A DNA stretch of 64,000 bases from Anaerolineae bacterium (lineage in GTDB: Bacteria; Chloroflexota; Anaerolineae; JAAEKA01), in NCBI GenBank assembly GCA_049299095.1, contig JBAQWV010000041.1:64278-128277 (forward strand), in the 5' to 3' direction. Below the pieces are notes generated by a model. The model was not told the origin of the DNA and ran no database searches. It saw nothing but the letters and a program-made list of their open reading frames with translations. Each line of letters begins with the position of its first letter. Position 1 is the first letter of the stretch. Made by a program: the position numbers and the translations under genes. Below, piece after piece: positions 1-8,734 of this stretch.

Positions 1-765
1 CAGGAAAACACCGATGCTGAACTGCAAGGTGGGAGCGATGTATTGCAACAGGCCAAGCGTGCTGAGGGGAACTTGGCGCGCGCCGGTGGCAAAGAGTAAT
101 AGGGGCACGGCGGTGACGACGCCGGAAAAGGCTAGTAGGAGGGTGGTTTGTGGCCCGGCGATGCCAAAAGCAACTTCACCGCGGCTGCCCAACCAGAGTA
201 GCCCGGCCAGCGCGGGCAGGAAAAGGATGGACATTTCGACGGTCAGACCTTCCAGCGATCCTAAATGGGCGGTTTTGCGCAGCAAGCCGTAGAAACCAAA
301 GCTGAGGGCCAGGGCAAAGGAGATCCACAGCCAGCCGCCAGCGGCGACCATCAAAAAGAGGACGCCGGCCGCGGCGATGCCCACCGCCAGCCATTGCCCG
401 CCGCGCAGGTGTTCATGCAAGACCACCAACCCCAGCACCACATTCACCAGCGGGTTGATGAAGTAGCCGAGGCTGGCTTCCACGATGTGGCTGTTGTTGT
501 TGGCCCAGATGTAAACCAGCCAGTTTATAGCCAGCAGCAATGCTGTGACGAAGAAAACACGCAAAATTGCTGGATGTTGGCGTGCTTCGTGGAGCCAGCG
601 TCCGTTGCGGCGTACTGCCAGCAACAGCAGGACGACCATCAGTGACCAGACGATGCGGTGCAGCAAGATTTCCGTGGCGGAAACAGCGTGCAGACTATGC
701 CAATAGATGGGCAGGATGCCCCAGAAGAAGTAAGCGACAGCCGCGGTAAGTAGACCTTTTTTCAT
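1..765 (-). CDS. rarD: RarD/EamA-family transporter (3' end of gene runs off window start)
   Basis: Minus-strand translation from ATG at 765-763 gives MKKGLLTAAVAYFFWGILPIYW..., a typical RarD N-terminus with about 10 TM segments; the ORF is open to position 1. Confidence 0.75.
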   Translation of the reverse strand, partial: MKKGLLTAAVAYFFWGILPIYWHSLHAVSATEILLHRIVWSLMVVLLLLAVRRNGRWLHEARQHPAILRVFFVTALLLAINWLVYIWANNNSHIVEASLGYFINPLVNVVLGLVVLHEHLRGGQWLAVGIAAAGVLFLMVAAGGWLWISFALALSFGFYGLLRKTAHLGSLEGLTVEMSILFLPALAGLLWLGSRGEVAFGIAGPQTTLLLAFSGVVTAVPLLLFATGARQVPLSTLGLLQYIAPTLQFSIGVFL

Positions 766-911
766 GCGGCTATTGTAGCGCGCTGACTAGTGCGCTGCAA
801 ATACTTGTCTTGTTCTCTGCTTGACTTTTCGCGCCAATGGGGGTAAGAAGGTGATGGAAGGCTTTTTTGTACCTTGACGACGATAACTGCGTTTGGAAAA
901 GGAGGTTCCTT

Positions 912-1148
912 GTGATTCGACTCTACAATGATGCAACCAATGCCCTGATCGGTGAGATTAGCGAAGCAGATTTCGCTTTGTTGCAGGGTGATCTGGAAGA
1001 AGAATCGTCTACCGACAATAATTACTACATCAATCAGGCAACCGTGGATATGTTCGAGGAACAAAAGGCTAGTCCGGCGCTGGTAAGTCTGCTGCGTAAG
1101 GCGCTGGGCGGCAACGAGGATATAGATATTCGCTGGGATTATGCTTGA
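912..1148 (+). CDS. small acidic hypothetical protein (78 aa, GTG start after AAGGAGG)
   Basis: ORF 867..1148; a good RBS aaggagg lies 6 nt before GTG at 912; followed by a terminator. Confidence 0.45.
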   Translation: MIRLYNDATNALIGEISEADFALLQGDLEEESSTDNNYYINQATVDMFEEQKASPALVSLLRKALGGNEDIDIRWDYA

Positions 1149-1162
1149 GTCATCTGCGAGTC

Positions 1163-1197
1163 AAAAAAGGCCTGTCCACACGGACAGGCCTTTTTGT
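1163..1197. terminator. bidirectional rho-independent terminator
   Basis: aaaaaaGGCCTGTCCacacGGACAGGCCtttttg hairpin flanked by A- and T-tracts, between the convergent small ORF and the trkA-like gene. Confidence 0.7.
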
Positions 1198-1863
1198 TTA
1201 CATCGGTTCGAATAGCTTGGCAAGCTGGGCAGCGCCGGGGCTGTCGGTGACAGCTAGGACCTCGTCGCCTGCTTCAAAGGTTGTGGAGCCGCGCGGCACA
1301 ACGATTTCGCCGTCGCGAATTATGGCAGCGATAACGCACTGATCGGGGAATTGAATATCCTTGAGCGCCTTGCCGATCACCTTGGCATCGGCGTCTATTT
1401 TTTCTTCCACGAGCGCGTAGCGGCCGCGGCGCAGCTTGAGCAGGGTCATCATGTCGCCCATGGACATTTCTTCCATGATCAGGCTGGCCATGACCTCGGC
1501 GTTGTTGAAGGCAACGTCTACGTGGAATTTTTTATCGAATAGCCAGGCTGCGCGCGGGTTGTTGATGCGGGCGATGGTGCGACCGATGTTGTAACGCTGG
1601 CGCGCTATAAAGCAGATAGCCAGATTGTCCGCGTCGTTGTCTGTGGTGGCCGCGACAACGTCCGCTTCGCGGATGCCCGCCTGTTCCAGGACGTTAGGAT
1701 CAGTCGGGCTACCCTCGAAGATCGCTTCGGTGGGCAATTCGTAGTGAATACGTGCCAGGATGTCGGGACGGTTGTCCACTAGATGAACCCGGTGATCTTG
1801 CGCCATCAGCAAGTTGGCAAGCTGAGTGCCGGTACGTCCGCCGCCAGCAACGATAACAAACAT
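1198..1863 (-). CDS. TrkA/KtrA-type K+ transport regulatory subunit (TrkA-N + TrkA-C)
   Basis: MFVIVAGGGRTGTQLA... Rossmann GxGxxG motif, 221 aa, typical KtrA architecture. Confidence 0.8.
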   Translation of the reverse strand: MFVIVAGGGRTGTQLANLLMAQDHRVHLVDNRPDILARIHYELPTEAIFEGSPTDPNVLEQAGIREADVVAATTDNDADNLAICFIARQRYNIGRTIARINNPRAAWLFDKKFHVDVAFNNAEVMASLIMEEMSMGDMMTLLKLRRGRYALVEEKIDADAKVIGKALKDIQFPDQCVIAAIIRDGEIVVPRGSTTFEAGDEVLAVTDSPGAAQLAKLFEPM

Positions 1864-1933
1864 AGTAAAAACCTCATTTAGGCCGAGTTAACAAGTATAC
1901 AAGTAAGTATACAGGTAGGCAGGTAGCGATGGA

Positions 1934-2578
1934 TCAGACGATCTTTTCGCGCAGGGGTGTCATACCCGCGGTGCTGGTGCTGACATGAACGACATCACCG
2001 GTTTGCAGCACAGTGTCTGGTGTGGGCAAGAAGCCGCGTCCGGCGCGCGTGACGGCAGCGACGATGCACGGCCCGACAGTTGCTAACTCTTGCACGGTCT
2101 TGCCATTCCATGACGTGGGAATCATCAGATCGCAGATCTCGACTTCGCCATTGCCTGCCGATACCAACGGATGAACCGTGCCACCTTCCAGCAATTCTTC
2201 CATGCGTTGTGCGCCCCAACTGCTGGAACCGACCACCTGCAAGCCAAAGGTCTCCAGCAAGCCGCGCCAACGCGGGTTGTAGTTACGCACAGCCACGCGG
2301 TGGATGTTGTAAACTTCGGCGGCCGTGCGTCCCACGACACCGTTTAGTGAATCGGAGCTGGTGACAGCGGCTAAGGCGTGCGCATCTGCAATGCCGGCGC
2401 GATGCAACACGGCTTCTGACAGCACGTCGCCTTCCAGTGTGCGCCCGCGAAAATCGGGCGGCAGGTTCTTGAAAGCTTCTTGCGAACGGTCAATGACGCA
2501 AACGCGATGACCGTTGAGGAAAAGCCGGTGGGCCAGTTCAGACCCGACACGGCCACAACCGACAACGATGACGTTCAT
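1934..2578 (-). CDS. TrkA/KtrA-type K+ transport regulatory subunit (paralog)
   Basis: MNVIVVGCGRVGSELA... 214 aa, TrkA-N/TrkA-C. Confidence 0.8.
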   Translation of the reverse strand: MNVIVVGCGRVGSELAHRLFLNGHRVCVIDRSQEAFKNLPPDFRGRTLEGDVLSEAVLHRAGIADAHALAAVTSSDSLNGVVGRTAAEVYNIHRVAVRNYNPRWRGLLETFGLQVVGSSSWGAQRMEELLEGGTVHPLVSAGNGEVEICDLMIPTSWNGKTVQELATVGPCIVAAVTRAGRGFLPTPDTVLQTGDVVHVSTSTAGMTPLREKIV

Positions 2579-2580
2579 AA

Positions 2581-4584
2581 TTAGTTTGTAGCCTCCTTGG
2601 GAGGAAGTGAGTTCTCTTGTTGAAGCTGATCAGTGTTGATTTGGTAAGGGACATCCATGATGACCACGCCAGGCATGGAGCGGAAGGCGAAGCGCAGGGT
2701 CAGGGCTGCCTGTGTGTGTAACAAGTTTTGCCACCAGTGTTGCGGCACAAATTCAGGCACAGCGACAACGATCAGTTCATTGGGCTGGCGGTGCTCGGCA
2801 ACGCTGGCGATATAATCCATCAAGGGTTCGTGGAGCAGGCGGTAGGGCGATTCGAGAATGACCAAGCGAACGCCTTCACCCCAGACATCCCATTTTTGCT
2901 TGATGCGCTCCATTTGTTCGGGGTCTACCGATACGTGGACTGCGGTCACGTCATTCGAGAGCGACCGCGCAAAGCGCAATGCCTGCAAAGTGCCCTGGTG
3001 TACGCCGCTGACTGGTAAGATGACGCGCTTGCGCATAATACCGGGCGGAGCTGCATAGGAATTGAGTGACAGGCTGCTGGCAATCGTGCGATAGTGCTTG
3101 TTGATGATGCGGAAGACGAAAACAATCGCTGGGATCAAAATCAGCACCACCCAGGCGCCATCGCTGAATTTGGTGACCGCAAAAATGACGGCGATGATAG
3201 CCGTTAGAACGGCACCGAAGGTATTGATTGCCATCTTGATCTGCCAGCTTGGATCGGGGTGCAGGGGTGTGGCATGGGCATGCACCTCCTCTACCGGCTC
3301 TCCGCGTGTGAGCTTGCCCGTTTTCCACCAGCGACGGGCCATGCCCGCCTGAGAAAGGGTAAACGACAGGAAGACGCCGATGGCATACAGGGGGATTAAG
3401 GATGTGACACTGGCACGGAAGATGATAATCAGGATCGCGGCAACGAAAGCCAGGAACAAGATACCGCGCGAGAAAACCAGCCGACTGCCACGGAATGCCA
3501 GATAGCGCGGCAGGAAGCCGTCACCGGCGAGCAACGCGCTCAAACGAGGAAAGTCCGCGAATGAGGTGTTGGTCGCCATGATCAAAATCACGGTGGTAGC
3601 GGCTATCATCAAGAAATACAACAGGCCGGAGCCGTCATACACGGTTCGCGCCAACTGTGAGATGACAGTTTCGACTGCGGAGGGTACAGCGCCAATCTTG
3701 TAACTCAAAAAGGTAATGGCAAGCAGCAGTATCCCCAAAATCGTTGACATCCAGATCAGGGTGATACCGGCGTTGCGGCTTTTTGGCTCAGAGAAGGCTG
3801 GAATACCGTTGGAAATCGCTTCAACACCTGTGAGCGCGCTGGTGCCACTGGAGAATGCTTTTAAGAGCAAGAAGAAGGTAAGCGCCTGTGCGCCGTGAAT
3901 AACCTCCATCTCAGGCGGGTTCACCACCTGGCCCAGCGTGCCGGTGAAGTAGCGAAAAAGCCCGATGCCGACAGTGGCAAACATCATCACCACAAAGAAA
4001 TAGGTGGGAATTGCAAAAAGAGTACCTGATTCCTTGACACCGCGTAGATTGACGAGCATTACAAAGAAGACTAGCACCAGAGCGATGACGACACGCCACG
4101 GGAATAAATCGGGAAACGCGGACGTAATCTGGGCCACACCGGATGACACCGACACGGCAACCGTGAGGATGTAATCTGTCAATAATGCGGCGCCGGCTAC
4201 CATCGCCGGCCACTCTCCCAGATTGTCAAAAGAGACAATGTAGGAACCGCCGCCGTTGGGATAGGCGTGAATGGTTTGTTCGTAGGATATGGTTACGATC
4301 GCGAGCAAGGCCACGATGGCGATCGAGATAGGAAACGCAAAGCTAAAGGCGGCGACTCCCGCACTGGCGAGCATCACCATCATTTCCTGAGTAGCATAAG
4401 CCGTTGATGACAAGGCATCGCTGGCAAAGACAGCCAAACCAACCTTTTTGCTGATGGTTTGATGGGGCGCATCAGCAGTGGGAAGTGGCCTTCCCAGCAA
4501 CCAGGTGCTTAAAGAGCGCGGCGGTTTGTAGTTGGTTGGACGCACCAAAACCGTCGTGCGGCTTTCTTCATCTATTATTGTCAC
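2581..4584 (-). CDS. APC-superfamily permease with C-terminal UspA-like domain
   Basis: About 470-aa 12-TM APC-like N-terminal domain plus a C-terminal Usp-like fold (VILPVSG...VAVPEF); 667 aa. Confidence 0.65.
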   Translation of the reverse strand: MTIIDEESRTTVLVRPTNYKPPRSLSTWLLGRPLPTADAPHQTISKKVGLAVFASDALSSTAYATQEMMVMLASAGVAAFSFAFPISIAIVALLAIVTISYEQTIHAYPNGGGSYIVSFDNLGEWPAMVAGAALLTDYILTVAVSVSSGVAQITSAFPDLFPWRVVIALVLVFFVMLVNLRGVKESGTLFAIPTYFFVVMMFATVGIGLFRYFTGTLGQVVNPPEMEVIHGAQALTFFLLLKAFSSGTSALTGVEAISNGIPAFSEPKSRNAGITLIWMSTILGILLLAITFLSYKIGAVPSAVETVISQLARTVYDGSGLLYFLMIAATTVILIMATNTSFADFPRLSALLAGDGFLPRYLAFRGSRLVFSRGILFLAFVAAILIIIFRASVTSLIPLYAIGVFLSFTLSQAGMARRWWKTGKLTRGEPVEEVHAHATPLHPDPSWQIKMAINTFGAVLTAIIAVIFAVTKFSDGAWVVLILIPAIVFVFRIINKHYRTIASSLSLNSYAAPPGIMRKRVILPVSGVHQGTLQALRFARSLSNDVTAVHVSVDPEQMERIKQKWDVWGEGVRLVILESPYRLLHEPLMDYIASVAEHRQPNELIVVAVPEFVPQHWWQNLLHTQAALTLRFAFRSMPGVVIMDVPYQINTDQLQQENSLPPKEATN

Positions 4585-4693
4585 GTCTTCTTCCTCAACT
4601 TACGGGTATTGTGATAAAGAGTAAGTTTTGCCTGTTTATACCCTTAAACAGGCCCAAATGCAAGTCTTAAACGTTTTCTTTCGTCCGTTGCTG

Positions 4694-5770
4694 TTACAGC
4701 CAGTGTTTGCGGCGGAAATAAGCGAGCATCAAGGCGGCAATTACAGCGCAGATCAGCCAGAAAAACAAATAGCCATAGCGCCAGGTGATTTCGGGGAAAT
4801 AATGAAAATTCATGCCGTATACGCCGGCCAGGAAGGTTAATGGAATAAAAATCGTCGAGAAGATCGTCAAAACTTTGATGATCTCATTCATCCGGTTACT
4901 CAGCACCGACAAATGGACATCCAACAGACCTGACAAGATATCACGCATCCCCTCGATGGTATCCATGATCTGGATCGTATGATCGTACACGTCGCGCAGG
5001 TAAATGACCGTGCCCGGTTGGATCAGCGACGAGTCACTGTGTTGCAAGGCGGCGATCACTTCGCGCAAGGGCCACACCGCACGGCGCAGCGCGATCACCT
5101 CGCGGCGCAGGCGATAAACCTCTTGCAAAGGGTGTGCACGTTTTTGCCCGGTCACTTGCTCTTCCACATCCTCGACTTCATCACCGATGCGTTCGAGAAT
5201 GACGAAATAGTGGTCTACAATTGCATCAAGTAGCACATAATTCAAGCCGTCCGAGCCAAGCTTGCGCAGGCGCGCGGCCGCACTACGCAGACGCACGCGC
5301 ACAGGATTGAACACGTCGTCGTTGTCTTCTTGAAACGATACCAGATAATTTTGCCCTAATATCAAGCTAACCTGCTCAACACCGACTGACCGATCTTCCT
5401 CCAGATATTCGAGCATCTTGACGACGATATAGAAGTAATCGTCATAGCTCTCCACCTTGGGGCGTTGGTTGGTGTTGGCAATATCTTCCAGCACCAGCGG
5501 ATGCAAGCCCAGCGCGTGGCCGAGGCTTTCGATGCGTTCAGTGTCATGCACACCGGCAAAGTTGATCCAGGTAACGCCGGGTTGCGCGAGATAAGATAGC
5601 GCCTCCTCAACGCTTTCAACCACCTTTTCAACGTAGGTGATTTCGTCGAAATGGATCACTGATAAGACAGCCGGGCCGCTTGCCTGGTCGCCGATATGTA
5701 CCACAGTGCCGGGGGGCAAGCCCGATTTGTGAGAACGACGCAACGGCGAGTTTGTCATAGTCAACCTCAA
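4694..5770 (-). CDS. corA: CorA magnesium/cobalt transporter
   Basis: C-terminal two TM segments with YGMNF (GMN) signature; 358 aa. Confidence 0.85.
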   Translation of the reverse strand: MRLTMTNSPLRRSHKSGLPPGTVVHIGDQASGPAVLSVIHFDEITYVEKVVESVEEALSYLAQPGVTWINFAGVHDTERIESLGHALGLHPLVLEDIANTNQRPKVESYDDYFYIVVKMLEYLEEDRSVGVEQVSLILGQNYLVSFQEDNDDVFNPVRVRLRSAAARLRKLGSDGLNYVLLDAIVDHYFVILERIGDEVEDVEEQVTGQKRAHPLQEVYRLRREVIALRRAVWPLREVIAALQHSDSSLIQPGTVIYLRDVYDHTIQIMDTIEGMRDILSGLLDVHLSVLSNRMNEIIKVLTIFSTIFIPLTFLAGVYGMNFHYFPEITWRYGYLFFWLICAVIAALMLAYFRRKHWL

Positions 5771-6792
5771 GCGATTAGCGGGATACCAACGGTGGCCGCG
5801 GGAACTTTTAAGGAGACGAGCATTTGCCGCCCCAGCCGCTCTGCAAGCAGCGCGGGATCGGCGCCATTTAGCGGCACCTGCCCGCCCGCCATACGTCCGT
5901 GTCCGCCGGCCATACCCAGGTTGCCGACCACAGCCTGCACCAACTTACCGGCGCCAGTGCGGCGACTGCGGCTGCGCACAGCCAGCATCAAGCTGTTGTT
6001 ATACGTCCCTGTACACATCACCCACTGCACCCCTTCCAGCCGCGAAAGCAGATCGGCCATTTCCGCGGCCTGGTCGGGGTAATTCATCGCGCCGATGTAG
6101 GACAGTGCCACCTGATCGTACACGCGCGCGGCCTGAATCGCCGTGACATAGCTTTTGAAATAACTGGCAGGGACCTGGGCGCGTTCGATCTCGACAAGGT
6201 CCTCGATCTCCACCAGCGGTTGCAAATAGTAGTACGCGGCCACATCGCCCAGACCAGCACCGCGGCCCAGCCCCATCGTGTCAGTTTTGATGCCGTAAAA
6301 GAGCGCGGTGGCCAGCCAGGCAGGCAAATCAATCGCCGAAGCTTCCAGATATTCAGTTACAATGGTTGAAGTGGCTCCTTGATCCGGCCGTACGTCGCAA
6401 TAGGCAACTTGAGCCGATTCGTCGCGCCAGGCATGATGATCAAGGACAATCGAAGGGATGCGGTCCGCGGGCAAAGGATTGTTGCCTGTCCCCGGCTGCG
6501 TATCTACCAGAGCAACGTGCGTTGCACGGCGCAGATCGGCTTCGGTCAGCGGTTTGAGCGGCTTGCCCAGATAACGCACCAGGGCTTTGTTTTCAGCGCG
6601 GCCAATAATGCCCTGATACGCGATGTGTACGTCCAGTTGCAGGCGTTGCTGCAACAGATAGCGCAGGCCGACCGCGCTGGCAATTGCATCGGGATCGGGG
6701 TCGTTGTGGGGTAAAATGAGAAGATTGCCGGCGTTGGCCAGCAGATCAAAAAGCTGCTGCAACGGCGGCAACTGCATCGGAGAACCGTTCAC
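5767..6792 (-). CDS. nrnA: DHH/DHHA1 phosphoesterase (NrnA-like oligoribonuclease/pAp phosphatase)
   Basis: DHH motif (VLDHHAW) and GGGH motif (MAGGHGRMAGG); 4-nt overlap with corA. Confidence 0.75.
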   Translation of the reverse strand: MNGSPMQLPPLQQLFDLLANAGNLLILPHNDPDPDAIASAVGLRYLLQQRLQLDVHIAYQGIIGRAENKALVRYLGKPLKPLTEADLRRATHVALVDTQPGTGNNPLPADRIPSIVLDHHAWRDESAQVAYCDVRPDQGATSTIVTEYLEASAIDLPAWLATALFYGIKTDTMGLGRGAGLGDVAAYYYLQPLVEIEDLVEIERAQVPASYFKSYVTAIQAARVYDQVALSYIGAMNYPDQAAEMADLLSRLEGVQWVMCTGTYNNSLMLAVRSRSRRTGAGKLVQAVVGNLGMAGGHGRMAGGQVPLNGADPALLAERLGRQMLVSLKVPAATVGIPLIA

Positions 6793-6870
6793 AAAAGGTT
6801 TAGCTTTCAGGCGCGGGGCTGGACAAGCAGTGAAAGCGCGGGGACGCAGGCGCGCCCCCGCGGGGTATTG

Positions 6871-8424
6871 TTAGTTGGCTGCGTCGGTGCTGTCCGCATC
6901 AGCCGCCTTCGGTAAGCGACCAAAGATCGCTGTCAGTTCCAGCAGGCGATGTTGCAGGGTGGCGTCAAGGTCACCTGTCTGATAACGCCATTGCCAGTTA
7001 CCGCCGGGGCGTCCCGGCAGGTTCATGCGCGCTTCAGTGCCGCGGCTCAGCAGGTCTTGCACCGTGGCAATCGCCAGCTTGGCGATGGATGCCCAGGCCA
7101 CGCGGATCAAATCCCAGGCAATGTCGTTACCGTCCTGGCGATTCAGATACAGCAAGGCGAAGGTTCGTTCGTCTGGCAGCGAGGAATTCTGCCACCAGCC
7201 CACGGTCGTGTCGTTGTCGTGCGTGCCCGGATACACCACCAGATCAGGCGATTCGTAGTTGTGTGGCAAAAACTGGTCATCCGGCGTACTCAGAAAGGCA
7301 AACTGCAACACCTTCATGCCCGGCAGGTCGAACTTGCGCATGATCGCGTCCATCCCTGCCTTGGCATCTGGCTCAAAATAGCCGAGGTCTTCGGCAATAA
7401 TCGGTACATCGCCCAGCGTTGCTTTGACGGCATCGAACAGGCCGCCGCCGGGGCCGAGCACCCAGCGGCCATTGACCGCGGTCGGCTCGCCAGCCGGAAT
7501 TTCCCAATAGTTATAGAAGCCGCGGAAGTGATCAACCCTGATGATGTCCACCAGGTTCAGAATGCCGCGGAAGCGAGCAATCCACCAGGAATAGCCATCT
7601 GCCGCCATCGCGTCCCAGCGATAGAGCGGGTTGCCCCAAAGCTGGCCCGTTTCGCTGAAATAATCCGGCGGAACGCCCGCCACGACGGTTAGTTGGTTCT
7701 CTTCGTCCATGTAAAATGCTTCGGGGTGCGACCAGGCATCGGCGCTGTCCGCGGCGACGAAGATCGGAATATCACCGATGATCTGGATGCCCTGCGCGTT
7801 AGCGTAGGCGCGAACTCGGCTCCATTGGCGGAAGAAAAGCCACTGTAAATATTTGTGAACGTTAATGGCTTCGGCCAGCTCTGCGCGCCAATGAGTCAAT
7901 GCTTCTGGCTGCCGCGTGCGGATGTCCAGTTCCCAGGTATTCCAAGCCGCGCCACCGTGCGCGTCTTTCAACGCCATAAACAGCGCATAATCATCCAGCC
8001 ACTCCGCTTGTTCTGCGCAGAAAACCTTGAATTCCAGCTCCAGTTCCATGCTGGCGGCCTGGCTGAAGCGTGCGTAGGTGTATTTCAGCAGCGGGATCTT
8101 CCAGTTGATCACAGCGCCGTAGTCAATTAGATCGTTGGAAAAGGCTGGCAGACTGCCGTTCAACTCGTCCCAGGTCAACAGCCCGTCGCCCACCAGTTGT
8201 TCCGGATCAATCAACAGCGGATTACCCGCGAAAGCGGAAAAGCATTGATAGGGCGAATCGCCGTAGCCAGTTGGGCCAAGAGGCAGCACCTGCCACAAGC
8301 TTTGCCCCGCGCCGTGCAAGAAGTCAACAAACCGATAGGCCGCATCGCCCAGATCGCCAATGCCGTAGCGACCAGGAAATGAGGTTGGATGCACTAAAAT
8401 ACCGGAAGAACGGACAAACGCCAT
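6871..8424 (-). CDS. malQ: 4-alpha-glucanotransferase (amylomaltase, GH77)
   Basis: N-terminus GILVHPTSFPGRYGIGDLG... QVLPLGPTGYGDSPY is a canonical MalQ. Confidence 0.9.
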   Translation of the reverse strand: MAFVRSSGILVHPTSFPGRYGIGDLGDAAYRFVDFLHGAGQSLWQVLPLGPTGYGDSPYQCFSAFAGNPLLIDPEQLVGDGLLTWDELNGSLPAFSNDLIDYGAVINWKIPLLKYTYARFSQAASMELELEFKVFCAEQAEWLDDYALFMALKDAHGGAAWNTWELDIRTRQPEALTHWRAELAEAINVHKYLQWLFFRQWSRVRAYANAQGIQIIGDIPIFVAADSADAWSHPEAFYMDEENQLTVVAGVPPDYFSETGQLWGNPLYRWDAMAADGYSWWIARFRGILNLVDIIRVDHFRGFYNYWEIPAGEPTAVNGRWVLGPGGGLFDAVKATLGDVPIIAEDLGYFEPDAKAGMDAIMRKFDLPGMKVLQFAFLSTPDDQFLPHNYESPDLVVYPGTHDNDTTVGWWQNSSLPDERTFALLYLNRQDGNDIAWDLIRVAWASIAKLAIATVQDLLSRGTEARMNLPGRPGGNWQWRYQTGDLDATLQHRLLELTAIFGRLPKAADADSTDAAN

Positions 8425-8667
8425 AGAGCCTCCTCAAGGCCAACAGAAGCGAGCCAAGGCTGCTGCTGGTCTTGGCAGTGAATATGTGGATACGACTAAG
8501 ACCGAATAACATTTTCTAACCATTATATCTTAACCGAAAGTGGGCTGGACGCCAAGAGTGCAGCGAGGCGTGAAGAGTAAGTCGTAAGGAGTGAGTTGAA
8601 AGGGAGCAAATAGAAAACGGCTCGGTGTAGAGTGAACAGAAAACGACCGCGCGGGCGGTAAGGTGAG

Positions 8668-8705
8668 AATAGAAAACGGCCCCCTGCATGGTGCAGGAGG
8701 CCGTT
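8668..8705 (-). terminator. rho-independent terminator downstream of the subtilase gene
   Basis: Hairpin GGCCtCCTGCAccatGCAGGgGGCC followed by a U-rich tract on the minus strand. Confidence 0.55.
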
Positions 8706-8734
8706 TCATTTACCGACTACTCACACGTCGCTGG

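Noticed and set aside
265-645. 126-aa plus-strand ORF at window start
   Set aside because: Antisense to the rarD transporter gene, which has a convincing RarD N-terminus and TM profile.
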